A stretch of 64,000 nucleotides of DNA. It comes from Candidatus Eiseniibacteriota bacterium. Lineage in GTDB: Bacteria > Eisenbacteria > RBG-16-71-46. This document shows, piece by piece, positions 9,622 through 20,000 of this stretch. The stretch's first letter is position 1. Every line of letters begins with the position of its first letter. The notes beneath the pieces were generated by a model that was given only the letters and a program-made list of their open reading frames with translations, had not been told where the DNA came from and made no database searches. The position numbers and the translations under genes were made by a program. The DNA is taken from contig DATDEX010000286.1 of assembly GCA_036522895.1 (NCBI GenBank), forward strand, positions 3,929 through 67,928, read 5' to 3'.

Positions 9622-12600
9622 TCAATGGAGCACCACGACTTTTCGCGTCCGCGTCTGCGCGCCGCTGCTCAGCCTGACCAGGTAGACGCCGCTCGGCATG
9701 CGCGCCCCGACGGCGTCGCGCGTGTCCCAGCGGGCCGTGCTCCGGCCGGCGCGCGCCGGGCCCTGCGCGATCACGCGCACGCGGCGGCCGGCCAGATCGT
9801 AAACCGCCAGCTCGAGCGCGGCGCCGTTCTGCTCGATCGGCACGCCGAAGGCGAACTGCAGTTCCGTACGCACCGGGTTGGGATGCGGTGCGGCAAGCTC
9901 GAGCGTGCGGGGCGCGACGTCCAGCGCCGGCTCGACGCCGACCGCGTCCGTGGTCTCGCTAAAGCCGGTGCGCCGGGCATCGTGGTGGAACTGCGGCCAC
10001 GGGGCAGGGCCCGCGGGCGAGAACGGGAAGTCGTAGTCCCACACGTGCACCGTGCCGCCGAAATCGACGGTGACGATTTCGCTCATCCCGTCGCCGTCGC
10101 AATCGCACAAGGCCGGCGTGCCCGAGGCTTCGGCGGACATCGTGATGGGGAATCCCGGCAGCATGGCGCCGGTCACCCCGCTCAGCGCCGCGAGCGATCC
10201 GTTCTCGTCGCCCACGACGACGTCATTCACGCCGTCGCCGTTGATGTCGGCCACCACCGGGCTCGCGATCGTCGCGTCGCTCGTGAGCGAAGAAAAGCGC
10301 GAGGCGGCCGTCCATGGCGGGACGGCGGCGCCGTTCCGGTCGAACACGTACACGCGCCCGTTGCCGGAGGCGAGCACGATGTCGGTGAATCCGTCGCCGT
10401 TCATGTCGGCGAGCGCGGGCGAGGATCCCTGGCCGATCCCGGCGGGCGGGAGGAACACCGGGAACCCGGGGCGGCTCGCTCCGTTCGCCAGTTGGACGTG
10501 GATCGAGCCGTCGGCAACCGGTACCACGATCGAGAGCTGCCCGGCGGGCCCATCCAGCCGTCCGACCGCGACCGAGCCGAGGATCGGGGCGCCGAGATTG
10601 ACCGGGAACCCCGTCACGTTCGTTCCGTCCGGCTTCCATGCGTACAGGAACCCATCCGCGCTGCCGTACACGATGGCCAGCTGCCCGGGGCCGAGCAGCG
10701 GGGCGAGCGCCGGAGTGCCGGTGTTGAAGCCATTCCCGAGCGTCTTGAACACCCCGATCGTGGCCGGGTTGAGGTCGCCGTCGAGCCATTCGCTGCCGTC
10801 CGCGCGAAACGCGTAGAGCGCCGCCCCGAGCGATCCGAACACGATCTCCTGGTGCTGATCGCCGTTCAAATCGCCGACGGCCACGCTCGACCAGATCGGG
10901 TCAGGCAACGGCACCGGGAATCCGGGGCGCGGTACCCCCTGGGCATCGAACGCGAGGAGCTGCTTCGACGTGAACGTCGCGCCGATCACGTCGCGTCCGC
11001 CATCGCCGTCGAGGTCGGCGAACGATCCTCCGCCCCGGTAGAATCGGCCGAGCGTCGTGAAGTCGCCCGGGGTGGCGCTCGAACCATCGGCATCCACCGG
11101 CGCGGTGCCGTTGGAGTGGAACAGGTGAAGCACGTTGCCACCCACGAGAATGTCCATGCCCCCGCCGCTCGCCCGCGCCACCGCCACCGGGGTCTCGGAC
11201 GTCTCGCGCGTGAACGCGGGGAAGCCGCCGTGATCCGCCGGACCCGTGCTCGCCGAAGCCGGAGCGCTCGGGCTCGATTCGTTCCCCGAGCTGTCCACCG
11301 CGGTCACCTCGTAGTAGTAGCGCGCGAGCGGGGCCAGGTCCGCATCCGCCCAGCTCGAGGTTCGTCCGAGCGGGAGCGGCGTGACCTTCACGAACGGACC
11401 GGCGGCGGCGACGGCGCGATACACGTTGTAGCCCGCGAGGTCCGGCGCCGGATCGTGCTCCCACTCGAGCGTCACGCGGCCCGCGCCGCCTGCGGCGGCG
11501 ACCGCGTTGACCGCGGCCGGATAGCCCATGTCCAGGAGCTGGGTGAGGCGTGATCCGGTCGCGTCGTCGATCTCGAGCAGGAGTTTCGCGTCGGCGCTCC
11601 CGGGCACGAAGCGCACCGGCGTGGTGCTGGCCTCCGCGCCCGGCGGCAGATCGGGCAGCGTGAGCGTCGAGTCGAGCACGACCGCCAAGCCATCGAGGTC
11701 TCGCAGGTGGCCGACGAGCGCGTGCGCGTCGGCCTTGCCCACGTTACGCACCCGGAACGTGTAGCGGACGGTCTCGCCCGGCTGCGGCCGGCCGTCGTTG
11801 TTGCCGGCCTCCTCGCTCTCGGCATGCGCGACCTGCACGAGCTCCGGTGAGCGGAGAAGCAACTGGAAGTGCTGCTGCTGCTGGAGGCCGCCATCCCCGG
11901 CAAGGTCGAGCGTGAACGCGACCTCGTGCTGGTCGGGAGCGTCGGGATCGATCGCGACCCGGAAGCCGCTGGCCGGGGAGGAGGTGGCGGCGGGATCGAT
12001 CGCGCCGTAGTCGGCCGTGGGAACCGGAATCGTGATCCAGGGATCCGCGGTGCTCAGCGTGCCGGTGACCGCGGCCGCAGGCGTCCCGCCCGCGTTGTGC
12101 ACGGGCACCACCAGGTCCACGAGCTCGCCCGCGTCGGGAAGGCCATCCGCGTCGCCGTGCCGGCCCGCGAACGAATCGTCGAGCACGGCCGGGGCCGCTG
12201 CCTGGAGCGCGGCGGGAGCGCCCGCCACCACCCGGAGCGATCGCCGCCAGGGGCGCGCGTTGAACGCCGTCACCGTGAGCGAGCAGGCGCCGACCGAGTC
12301 GGGGTGGAACTGCAGCATCGCGTTGCCCGACCCGTCGGTCAACGCGGAGCGGTACTCGTGGCCCGGCAACCATGCCGTGACCCGCGCGCCGAAAAGCGGC
12401 GTGCCGGCCACGGCGACCGCGACTGCGAGCTGGCCCTCTCCGGCCGCGATCGAATCGGGCGCCGTTACGGTCAGCTCGCGCGGGCGCGCCGTGAAGATGC
12501 GCAGCTCGGGATCGCCGAGCAGCAGGAGCTCCAGCTCGCTCAGCCGGCCGAAGCCGTCGGATTGCGACACGCCGACGAACGGCAGTTTCTGCCGGGCTTG

Positions 12601-14205
12601 CGCCTCGCCCACGGCCGTCACGCTGTCCTGGAACAGCACGCGGAAGTACTCCCGCTGGAACCCCCGGCTGAACTTCGGATAATCGAGCCGCGTCGAGCCG
12701 ATGTTCGTGACCGCACCGCCCGCCGGGGCGCGGAGGAGCGCCTCGCCGATCGAGGCGAAATCGATCGCGTTCGAGGTGCAATCGATGGCGTAGAAGTTCA
12801 TCAGCCGGTCGCCGTTGGTGAGCGCGTGCATGTCGGGGTTGCTCAGGTTGTCGTCGCCGCACGACATCACCTCCCGGTACCCGTGCCCGACGTGCGTCAC
12901 GAGGTTGTATCCGACCTGGAGGGAGTCGAACACCGCCGCGCGCGTCTCGTGCACCGACCCGGGCCGCCAGCTCGGGTTCGAGTCGTTCTGGTACATGCGG
13001 GCCACGTGCATGTTCGGAACGCCGTCGAGGATCGGCATCTCGTCCGACTCCACGATCTGGGCGCCATCGAGCTGCACCAGCTGGCCGGGGCTCCAGGGCT
13101 CAGGCGTGATCACCTGGGCAAAGAAGAGGGCGTTTTCCATGTAGTCGGCAACCGGGGTCCGCTCGTACTTGAGCGTCTTCCGCACGAACAACTCGGCATC
13201 GGCCGGCGTCACGACCGGTGCGCGCCCGACCCAGACCTCGGGCAGCAGGTCCGCGTCGTCTCCCGCGTCGCCGGGGCCCGCGGACGCTTCCGCGAACAAG
13301 CTGTCGCCATCGGCGTTCCAATTGCCATCGAGACACGAGTAGTAGAGGTCGGTCGGGACGAACTCGTCGTCCAGGAACGACACGTGCGCGATGCGCGGCG
13401 GAATGAGCTCGGTGTCGCCGCCGAGCAGCACCCAGCGCGTGCCCCAGCGGCTGTACGCATCGCGGATGAACAGCCGGACGCGCTCGGGGTCGTCGACCGC
13501 CGCCGGGTACTGTTCGCGAATGAAGCTCAGCGTGCGCACCGCGGCGGGCACCCCGCTCGCGGTCTTCCAGTCCGCGAGCGGCTGGAACGCGGGCACCAGC
13601 GCATCGCTCGTGATGATGAGATAGGCGACCGGGCTCCCGAGCAGTGACGGCACCTGGGTGGGGCGAAACGGCGTTGCCGCGTCGGGGCGGGGAAGGGGGA
13701 CGGCTCGCGGCGCGTCGGCCGGCGTCCCGACCGCCTCGGCGGCGTGCGTCCGGCCCTGTGATCGCTCGGCGCTTGCCGGGGGTGGGCCGCCCGCGTCCTC
13801 CCAGTCCGGCACCACGCGCTCGCGCGGGAGAGGAGCGCTGGTGGATGGCTCGAGGTCGAGCCTCACCCGCAACTCCATCGCGTGCCGCGCGTGCCCCGCG
13901 GGCAGCCCGCAGCCATCGGGAAGCTCGAGCCACGCCAGGTGTCGACCGCGCTGGAAGCCCTGATAGCCGATGCGGACCGTGATCCCGGCGGGGGCGCGCG
14001 CACCGTCCTCCGCGCACTCGAGCGAGACGACCTCGACCCGCGTGATGCGTTGGCCATCCGGAAGGTCGAGCGGTCCGGCGGCGGGCAGGCGGTCCGGGTC
14101 GACCTGGAGCGTCCGGGTCACGGTGACGACCGCGCGGGCCGGGCTCACGAGCGCCAGAAGCAGAAGGGCCGCTAAGCCGGGGAGCCGAATCACGCGCAAG
14201 AGCAT
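9622..14205 (-). CDS. Large secreted C25 (gingipain-type) cysteine peptidase with FG-GAP/VCBS repeats, FN3-like domain and T9SS C-terminal domain
   Basis: Signal peptide MLLRVIRLPGLAALLLLALVSPARA. C25 N-terminal signature YLIITSDALVPAFQPLADW...VLLGGDTELIPPR...DLYYSCLDGNWNADGD...VGRAPV. Multiple DxNGDGxxDVVVG FG-GAP repeats. CTD ending ...VYLVRLSSGAQTRTRKVVVLH. Confidence 0.75.
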   Translation of the reverse strand: MLLRVIRLPGLAALLLLALVSPARAVVTVTRTLQVDPDRLPAAGPLDLPDGQRITRVEVVSLECAEDGARAPAGITVRIGYQGFQRGRHLAWLELPDGCGLPAGHARHAMELRVRLDLEPSTSAPLPRERVVPDWEDAGGPPPASAERSQGRTHAAEAVGTPADAPRAVPLPRPDAATPFRPTQVPSLLGSPVAYLIITSDALVPAFQPLADWKTASGVPAAVRTLSFIREQYPAAVDDPERVRLFIRDAYSRWGTRWVLLGGDTELIPPRIAHVSFLDDEFVPTDLYYSCLDGNWNADGDSLFAEASAGPGDAGDDADLLPEVWVGRAPVVTPADAELFVRKTLKYERTPVADYMENALFFAQVITPEPWSPGQLVQLDGAQIVESDEMPILDGVPNMHVARMYQNDSNPSWRPGSVHETRAAVFDSLQVGYNLVTHVGHGYREVMSCGDDNLSNPDMHALTNGDRLMNFYAIDCTSNAIDFASIGEALLRAPAGGAVTNIGSTRLDYPKFSRGFQREYFRVLFQDSVTAVGEAQARQKLPFVGVSQSDGFGRLSELELLLLGDPELRIFTARPRELTVTAPDSIAAGEGQLAVAVAVAGTPLFGARVTAWLPGHEYRSALTDGSGNAMLQFHPDSVGACSLTVTAFNARPWRRSLRVVAGAPAALQAAAPAVLDDSFAGRHGDADGLPDAGELVDLVVPVHNAGGTPAAAVTGTLSTADPWITIPVPTADYGAIDPAATSSPASGFRVAIDPDAPDQHEVAFTLDLAGDGGLQQQQHFQLLLRSPELVQVAHAESEEAGNNDGRPQPGETVRYTFRVRNVGKADAHALVGHLRDLDGLAVVLDSTLTLPDLPPGAEASTTPVRFVPGSADAKLLLEIDDATGSRLTQLLDMGYPAAVNAVAAAGGAGRVTLEWEHDPAPDLAGYNVYRAVAAAGPFVKVTPLPLGRTSSWADADLAPLARYYYEVTAVDSSGNESSPSAPASASTGPADHGGFPAFTRETSETPVAVARASGGGMDILVGGNVLHLFHSNGTAPVDADGSSATPGDFTTLGRFYRGGGSFADLDGDGGRDVIGATFTSKQLLAFDAQGVPRPGFPVPLPDPIWSSVAVGDLNGDQHQEIVFGSLGAALYAFRADGSEWLDGDLNPATIGVFKTLGNGFNTGTPALAPLLGPGQLAIVYGSADGFLYAWKPDGTNVTGFPVNLGAPILGSVAVGRLDGPAGQLSIVVPVADGSIHVQLANGASRPGFPVFLPPAGIGQGSSPALADMNGDGFTDIVLASGNGRVYVFDRNGAAVPPWTAASRFSSLTSDATIASPVVADINGDGVNDVVVGDENGSLAALSGVTGAMLPGFPITMSAEASGTPALCDCDGDGMSEIVTVDFGGTVHVWDYDFPFSPAGPAPWPQFHHDARRTGFSETTDAVGVEPALDVAPRTLELAAPHPNPVRTELQFAFGVPIEQNGAALELAVYDLAGRRVRVIAQGPARAGRSTARWDTRDAVGARMPSGVYLVRLSSGAQTRTRKVVVLH

Positions 14206-14379
14206 GACTCAAGGCTAGGAGCGTGTCGGGGTCGGGTCAACGGCTCTCGTGCCCGCGCCGGCAGACGCTGGGCCTCTCCCCGGCGGTGCTGACCGCCGCC
14301 AGGCAGTAGGTTCCCTGCCGCCGGGCCGACCTTCGCGCGACGGGCCCGGTCGAGCTTCATCCCGAAGGGAGGACGAATC

Positions 14380-14778
14380 GTGCCGCGTAAGACCATCCAG
14401 CCAGACGGCCTGTTCGATAGCCGGAAATACGGCTTCTCGCAGATCGCAGTCGGTGAAGGCAGCCGCGTCGTCACGATCTCGGGGCAGGTCGGGTGGGACA
14501 AGGACGAGCGCGTCGTCGGCGCGGACCTGAAGCAGCAGACCATGCTGGCGCTGCAGAATCTGAAATACGCCATGGAGGCAGCGGGGGGCTCCCTGGACGA
14601 TGTCCTCCTGCTGCACATCTACATCGTGGAATCGGTGATGACGAAGGACACGGCCGTCCGCGATTGCCTGCAAACCGTCTTTCCCGACGCGCCGCCTGCC
14701 ACGAGCTGGATCGGCGTGTCGCGTCTCTCCGCCCCGGATTTTCTTGTGGAGATTGAAGCGATCGGCGTCCTGCCCTGA
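14380..14778 (+). CDS. ridA: RidA/YjgF/TdcF family reactive-intermediate deaminase
   Basis: The FSQIAVGEGS..VTISGQVGWDKDERVVGADLKQQTMLALQNL..AMEAAGGSLDDVL pattern is typical of the YjgF/RidA family. Length 132 aa. Confidence 0.8.
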   Translation: MPRKTIQPDGLFDSRKYGFSQIAVGEGSRVVTISGQVGWDKDERVVGADLKQQTMLALQNLKYAMEAAGGSLDDVLLLHIYIVESVMTKDTAVRDCLQTVFPDAPPATSWIGVSRLSAPDFLVEIEAIGVLP

Positions 14779-14848
14779 ACCGGGCCGTCGGCGATCGGGT
14801 CGGTGGAGCCCCGCGAAACCGGGTCGCGCCGCACTCCCGTGACGGCGC

Positions 14849-16309
14849 TCAGATGTCCGCGGCCTCGTACTTCCGCACCCACCCCGCGTAAAGGAAGATG
14901 CCGATCGCCGATGCGATGCCGACGGCGACGAACGGATACCAGAGCTTGTAGGGATGGTAGGCGCTCCAGAGCAGCCGGGTGGCGGCGCTCGCGTCGAGGT
15001 GGTTCACGCGCTGCAGCGCCTCCATCGCGGTCGTCCGATCCACGCCCGCCGGCACGCCGCCATGATCGCCGAGGTACTTGAGCGCCAGGCCGGCTTTCTC
15101 CCCGATGCGCCCGTAGAGGTCGCCGGCGAGGAACGAGCCGTACGCCCAGCCGATCGCCGTCGGCATGTTCGCGTATCCCATATAGAGACCTTTCTTGCCC
15201 TCCGGAGCGATGATGCCGAGATAATCGTTCATCTTGGGGCTCGACAGCATCTCGCCCACCGCGAAGAGCGCGATGCCGAGCAGGCAGGAAACACCCGACA
15301 TGGTGAAGCCCGCGGCGAGCAGGCCCAGGGACGCGACCGCGATGCCGATGAAGATCGAGTGCACGCGCCGCATTCGTGCCACGAGGTGCGAGACCCAGAC
15401 GACGCACAGAACGATCATGAACGCGTCCAGGTTGATCATCCATTCCTGCGCCACCATCGGGCCGCGCGGGGTCTGGGTCGTGAACATCGCCGGCAGGTGC
15501 ATCGCCCTCACGATGCTCGAGGAATCCACCCAGTCCACGATGAAGTTGGGCAGCAGGTCGAAGAGCTGCATGAACATCAGCCAGAAGCCGGACATGATGA
15601 GGATGAACGTGATCAGGCGCGGGTTGAAGAGATTCGTGAACGTGAGTAGGGCGGTCTGCAGCACACCGCCCGACTTGTTCCCCCCGGCGTCCACGCTCGG
15701 GTAGGTGAGCAGCATCAGGAAGTTCAACGAGACGATCACCGCGCACCCGTAGAAGACCGTCGGCCACGAGAAGCCGTACAGAAAGTGCGCCAGGGGCGGC
15801 CCCAGGAACCCGCCGACGTTCACGAGCATGTAGAAGACGCCCCAGCCGACCGAGGAATTGCTCTTGTCCATCGTCCGCTGCAGCGAGCCCCACACCCCGG
15901 GCTTGAAAATCGCCGTGCCGAACGCCAGGACGAGGCACCCGATCGTGAACGGCCAGAAGCCGCGCTGGGTGGCCATCAGCAGGTATCCGGCGATCTTGAT
16001 GGCAATCGAGACGGCGATCGTCTTCTTGTAACCGTAGCGGTCCGCGAACCCGCCCGAGAAGATCGGCACGCCCGTCTGGACGAGCGCCCACAGCGTGAAG
16101 ATGAAGCCCTTTTGCGACTGCGTGAAGTGCAAGCCGTGGATCTCGTCGGCCTGCGCGATGTAGATGGGGATCACGACACGCACGCCGAAGTAGGCCAGGC
16201 GCTCGAACATCTCCATCATGTTGAGCATCCAGAACGCGCGGGAAAGGTGCGAGAGTTGCGCGAACATCCCGGTTCTTGGCGGGCTGGCGGCCTGCGGCAT
16301 CGAGCTCAT
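14849..16309 (-). CDS. POT/PTR2-family MFS transporter (di/tripeptide:proton symporter-like)
   Basis: N-terminal FWMLNMMEMFERLAYFG matches the POT signature (compare FxIxxxExWERFxYYG). About 12 TM helices. Start taken at MSSM (16309); the ORF extends to 16351. Confidence 0.7.
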   Translation of the reverse strand: MSSMPQAASPPRTGMFAQLSHLSRAFWMLNMMEMFERLAYFGVRVVIPIYIAQADEIHGLHFTQSQKGFIFTLWALVQTGVPIFSGGFADRYGYKKTIAVSIAIKIAGYLLMATQRGFWPFTIGCLVLAFGTAIFKPGVWGSLQRTMDKSNSSVGWGVFYMLVNVGGFLGPPLAHFLYGFSWPTVFYGCAVIVSLNFLMLLTYPSVDAGGNKSGGVLQTALLTFTNLFNPRLITFILIMSGFWLMFMQLFDLLPNFIVDWVDSSSIVRAMHLPAMFTTQTPRGPMVAQEWMINLDAFMIVLCVVWVSHLVARMRRVHSIFIGIAVASLGLLAAGFTMSGVSCLLGIALFAVGEMLSSPKMNDYLGIIAPEGKKGLYMGYANMPTAIGWAYGSFLAGDLYGRIGEKAGLALKYLGDHGGVPAGVDRTTAMEALQRVNHLDASAATRLLWSAYHPYKLWYPFVAVGIASAIGIFLYAGWVRKYEAADI

Positions 16310-16499
16310 GCGGCCTCCGGAAGGAGTGTTGCTTGGGGGAGAGCACGGCAATCTCGAGTCTCAGCGTAGCCGCTCGCTCCAACCGATGAAAGCATCGCCG
16401 GTGCGCCGCCCACCTGTCCGACCGGTATCCGCCGCCACGCAGCACGACCCGACACGGGCGAAGGCCGGCGGATGACCTGGTGTGCGCCTCGTCTCCCCA

Positions 16500-16684
16500 C
16501 TAGCCCGGACTATTCATGAGCCCGCGGCCTGCGAACGCGATCTGGCGGCCATCCGCTGCGTTGCAGGCTCGGGGCGCTCCTCGACGTGTCTTCAGACACG
16601 TCTGCGGTGCGGCCCGACCCTGCGCCTTGCGGCTGGCCGCCATCTCGCATTCTCGGCTCGCGCTTCATGAATAGTCAGGGCTAG
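16500..16684. repeat. 185-bp concentric imperfect palindrome in a divergent intergenic region
   Basis: Outer 20-nt arms CTAGCCCGGACTATTCATGA (16500-16519) and TCATGAATAGTCAGGGCTAG (16665-16684) are reverse complements with 1 mismatch. A perfect inner hairpin GACGTGTC-TTCA-GACACGTC (16583-16602) shares the same centre. The intervening arms show partial dyad symmetry. Confidence 0.7.
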
Positions 16685-16695
16685 ATTCACGCGTC

Positions 16696-19026
16696 ATGCA
16701 GACCTCGACCGATCCGGCTCCGATACCTTATGAGTGGCTCTGGGGTTGGGACCCGACGCCCGGCATCGTCTCCGTGTGGGCGGAGCCGTCCGGTCTCGCG
16801 GTCATTTGGCGGCGGCTACCGGGCTCGGGGGCGCTGATCCGCGAAGAGGCCCGGTTTCGGCCGTGGCTCGTGCTCGATCGGCTCGACGATCTCGCGCATC
16901 TCGGCACGGGCCTCGCGCCCGACGGCACTCCCCACGCACTCGTGACGTACCGAGAACTCGCCGGGCCGGGCCAGCTGCGGTTCCTCGTGAGCGCCGACGA
17001 CGGGCGGACCCTGTCGCGAGCGGTGTTGACGGGTGCGTCGCGCCGCATGGGACACGCCCTCCGTCACGTGCGCGACCTCGGCAAGACCGCGGTGCTGTCG
17101 CTGCCGCCCGAGGAGCAGTACCTGGTCATGACGGGGCGGTCGTATTTCCGCGACCTCGCCTTCGATCAACTTCGTCGATTGCAGTTCGACCTCGAGACGA
17201 CCGGCCTGGACCCCGCGCGGAGCCGGATCTTCATGATCGCCGTGCGACATCCCTCCGGGGCCGAGGAGGTGCTCGAGGCCGCGGGCGAAGATGACGCCGC
17301 GGAGGCGGGACTCATCCGGCGGTTGGTGGCGACGGTGACCGAATCGGACCCCGACGTGATCGAGAATCACAACCTCCACGGCTTCGACCTGCCGTTCCTG
17401 GAGCGGCGTGCCCGGGCGCTGGGCGTGCAGCTCGGTCTCGGCCGGATTCCGTCCCTGGGTGTCCGGGCGAGGGCCGCGCGCCGAGACCAGCTCCGTTACG
17501 TGCTCCCGGGACGCGAGTGTATCGATACGCTCGACGCGGTCCGCCGCTACGATTTTGCGGTTCGCGAACTGCCCGGGCACGGGTTGAAGGCGGTGGCGCG
17601 GCATTTCGGGATCGCGGCGTCGGACCGTGAGCTGATCCCCGGCGAGCAGGTCCACGCGACCTACCGGACCAATCCCGAGCGGGTCCTCCGCTACGCCACG
17701 GCCGACGTCACCGAGGTCGCGGCTCTCGCCCGACTGCTCGGCGGTGCGGCATTCGCGCTCGCCCAGCTGGCGCCGCGCCGATACGAACGGTTGGCGGACG
17801 CCGGTGCCGCGACCGGTGTGATCGACCCGCTCCTGGTTCGAACCTATCTGCGAGCCGGGCACGCGCTGCCGGCGCACGAGGCCGGCGATGGGACGAGCCA
17901 CAGTGGCGCGGCCCTGCACCTCTTCGCGACCGGGGTGGCGGAGCGCGTGGTGAAGGCCGACGTCGCGAGCCTCTACCCATCCTTGATGCGAACGCATCGG
18001 ATCGGGCCGAGCCGTGACCGGCTCGGTGCGCTGCTGGCGCTGGTGGACGGCCTCGTCGAACGGCGCCTCGCGGCGAAGGCGGCGGCCAGGTCGGCTCCCG
18101 CGGGCTCGGCGGAGCGGTTCGCGCACGAGGCGATGTCGGCGGCGATGAAACTGGTGGTGAACACGGCCTACGGTTACCTGGCGGCGGGCGGGCTCACTCG
18201 ATTCGCGGACGTCCACGCCGCGAACGAGGTGACCCGCCACGGACGCGAGACCCTCGATCTCATGTGCCGCGAGCTCCAGGCCCGGGGCGTGATCCGGCTC
18301 GAGGCGGATACCGATGGGGTCTATTTCGCGGTGCCACCGGGGTGGACCGAGGCGGAAGAGAGGCGCGTGGTGGCGGAGGTCGGCGCGCTCCTGCCGCCGC
18401 TGGTTCAACTCGAGTTCGAGGGGCGTTACGCCGCCATGCTGTCGCACGAGCCCAAGAACTACGCGCTTCTCGGCTACGACGGCCGGCTGGTGCTTCGCGG
18501 GGTGGCGTTTCGATCGAGCCGGGCCGAGCCCTTCGGTGAGGCATTCCTCCGGCGGGCCGTGTCACGTTTGCTGACCGGCGACATCACCGGGGTACGGCAG
18601 GCGTACGTCGACACCGTGGCCGCGCTCAGGCGGCGGGAATACTCGACCTTCGAGGTGTCGTCGCGGGTGCGATTGACCAAGACGCCGGCGCAGTATCGGG
18701 CTTCGCGTGCAGGTCGACGCGAACACCCCTACGAGGCCCTGCTGGCCGCCGGGCGACGCGACTGGCGACGGGGCGAGCGCGTCCGGGTGTTCCGGGCTCG
18801 CGATGGTTCGGCCGGGCTCGTGACCGAGCGCGCGGAGAATGTCGATCACCAGGCCGACAAGCGCGACTACGACGTCGAACACTACCTGCGTGTGCTCAAG
18901 GACAACTACGCCTCGAGACTGGCCCGGGCGTTCGAGCCGGCGGATTTCGCGGCAATGTTCGCGGACCCGAACCAGGCCTCGCTGTTCCCTCCGGCGTACG
19001 GCGAGATCCGGCCGGTGCTCCGATGA
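16696..19026 (+). CDS. polB: Family-B DNA polymerase (DNA polymerase II-like)
   Basis: Exo I FDLETTGL. Pol motif A DVASLYPSL (DxxSLYPS). Motif B KLVVNTAYGYL (KxxxNSxYG). Motif C LEADTDGVYF (DTD). 776 aa, similar to E. coli Pol II at 783 aa. Confidence 0.8.
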   Translation: MQTSTDPAPIPYEWLWGWDPTPGIVSVWAEPSGLAVIWRRLPGSGALIREEARFRPWLVLDRLDDLAHLGTGLAPDGTPHALVTYRELAGPGQLRFLVSADDGRTLSRAVLTGASRRMGHALRHVRDLGKTAVLSLPPEEQYLVMTGRSYFRDLAFDQLRRLQFDLETTGLDPARSRIFMIAVRHPSGAEEVLEAAGEDDAAEAGLIRRLVATVTESDPDVIENHNLHGFDLPFLERRARALGVQLGLGRIPSLGVRARAARRDQLRYVLPGRECIDTLDAVRRYDFAVRELPGHGLKAVARHFGIAASDRELIPGEQVHATYRTNPERVLRYATADVTEVAALARLLGGAAFALAQLAPRRYERLADAGAATGVIDPLLVRTYLRAGHALPAHEAGDGTSHSGAALHLFATGVAERVVKADVASLYPSLMRTHRIGPSRDRLGALLALVDGLVERRLAAKAAARSAPAGSAERFAHEAMSAAMKLVVNTAYGYLAAGGLTRFADVHAANEVTRHGRETLDLMCRELQARGVIRLEADTDGVYFAVPPGWTEAEERRVVAEVGALLPPLVQLEFEGRYAAMLSHEPKNYALLGYDGRLVLRGVAFRSSRAEPFGEAFLRRAVSRLLTGDITGVRQAYVDTVAALRRREYSTFEVSSRVRLTKTPAQYRASRAGRREHPYEALLAAGRRDWRRGERVRVFRARDGSAGLVTERAENVDHQADKRDYDVEHYLRVLKDNYASRLARAFEPADFAAMFADPNQASLFPPAYGEIRPVLR

Positions 19027-19212
19027 CCCGTGTCGCGGGGGAGCCTGGCGCGGGCCAACCCTGGGCGGAAACCACCTGTCCAACCTGTCGAGGCTGACCG
19101 TGCTTCCGCTGTCGCCCTCGGGCGCGAGGCATGGTTCACTCTCGGCCGCGAGTTCCCCAGGCGCTTCACGCAGAGGGTCGAGACGCCCATAGCGGGTCGA
19201 AGGAGGCAGACG

Positions 19213-19752
19213 ATGCGCACGCTCGTCTTGATCGTGTTTCTTCTCGCCGGTTCCGCGAGCAGCCTCGCCGCGCAGCCATCGCGCCACACGAGGGCCCAGG
19301 AGATCGCGGCGTCGTTCAACAAGTACAAAAACGTCGTCAAGGAGAAACGCGGCTCCCGAAAGCACGTCTACAAGGACGTCCGATCGGAGCCTGACCTCAA
19401 GGCGAACCTCCGCGACTACTCGGGCACGTATGAGGTCCCGGACCTGGGTCTCGGGATCGTCATTCGAGTCGACCGCGATGGCGGCACCCAGGGGGAGGGG
19501 TATGAGACGGGTCAACCGTCACCCACGTTCACCCTCGAGAACGCGACAGTCCGCGACGGAGTGCTTTCCGCGACCAGGAGACTTCGCGACGGAACCGCGG
19601 AAAAGCTCGAGGGCGTGTTCATGACCCGCACGGAGCGCAAGAGCCCGACCGACGGCGGCATCACGACCTCCGGATTGGGAGTCGTCCTCGGATCACCCGT
19701 CGAACGAGATGGCATTACCTACGAGAGGCTCTTCTATCAGTCGAAACGGTGA
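19213..19752 (+). CDS. Hypothetical secreted protein
   Basis: AGGAGG ribosome-binding site at 19201-19206. Signal peptide MRTLVLIVFLLAGSASSLAAQ. No recognisable domain. Confidence 0.45.
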   Translation: MRTLVLIVFLLAGSASSLAAQPSRHTRAQEIAASFNKYKNVVKEKRGSRKHVYKDVRSEPDLKANLRDYSGTYEVPDLGLGIVIRVDRDGGTQGEGYETGQPSPTFTLENATVRDGVLSATRRLRDGTAEKLEGVFMTRTERKSPTDGGITTSGLGVVLGSPVERDGITYERLFYQSKR

Positions 19753-20000
19753 TGTCGGGAGGCGCCCGATGTGGGGCGACTCCGCTCGTGCGAGCACGAG
19801 TTGCCGGACGCACGGGCTCGCCCTCGAGCCTGTCGCCGGGCACTTCAGTGGACGGACGCGGCGGGAAAGGGGTCATGCCGTTTCACTTGGTCGTTGACCA
19901 GGCAAATGGGACGCGCCTAGGCTCTCCGGGCGGCTGGAGCCGCATCACCCGAGATGGTCGGGCTCGGCGACGATCCGAGGACGACGATGTGGAGCACCCC

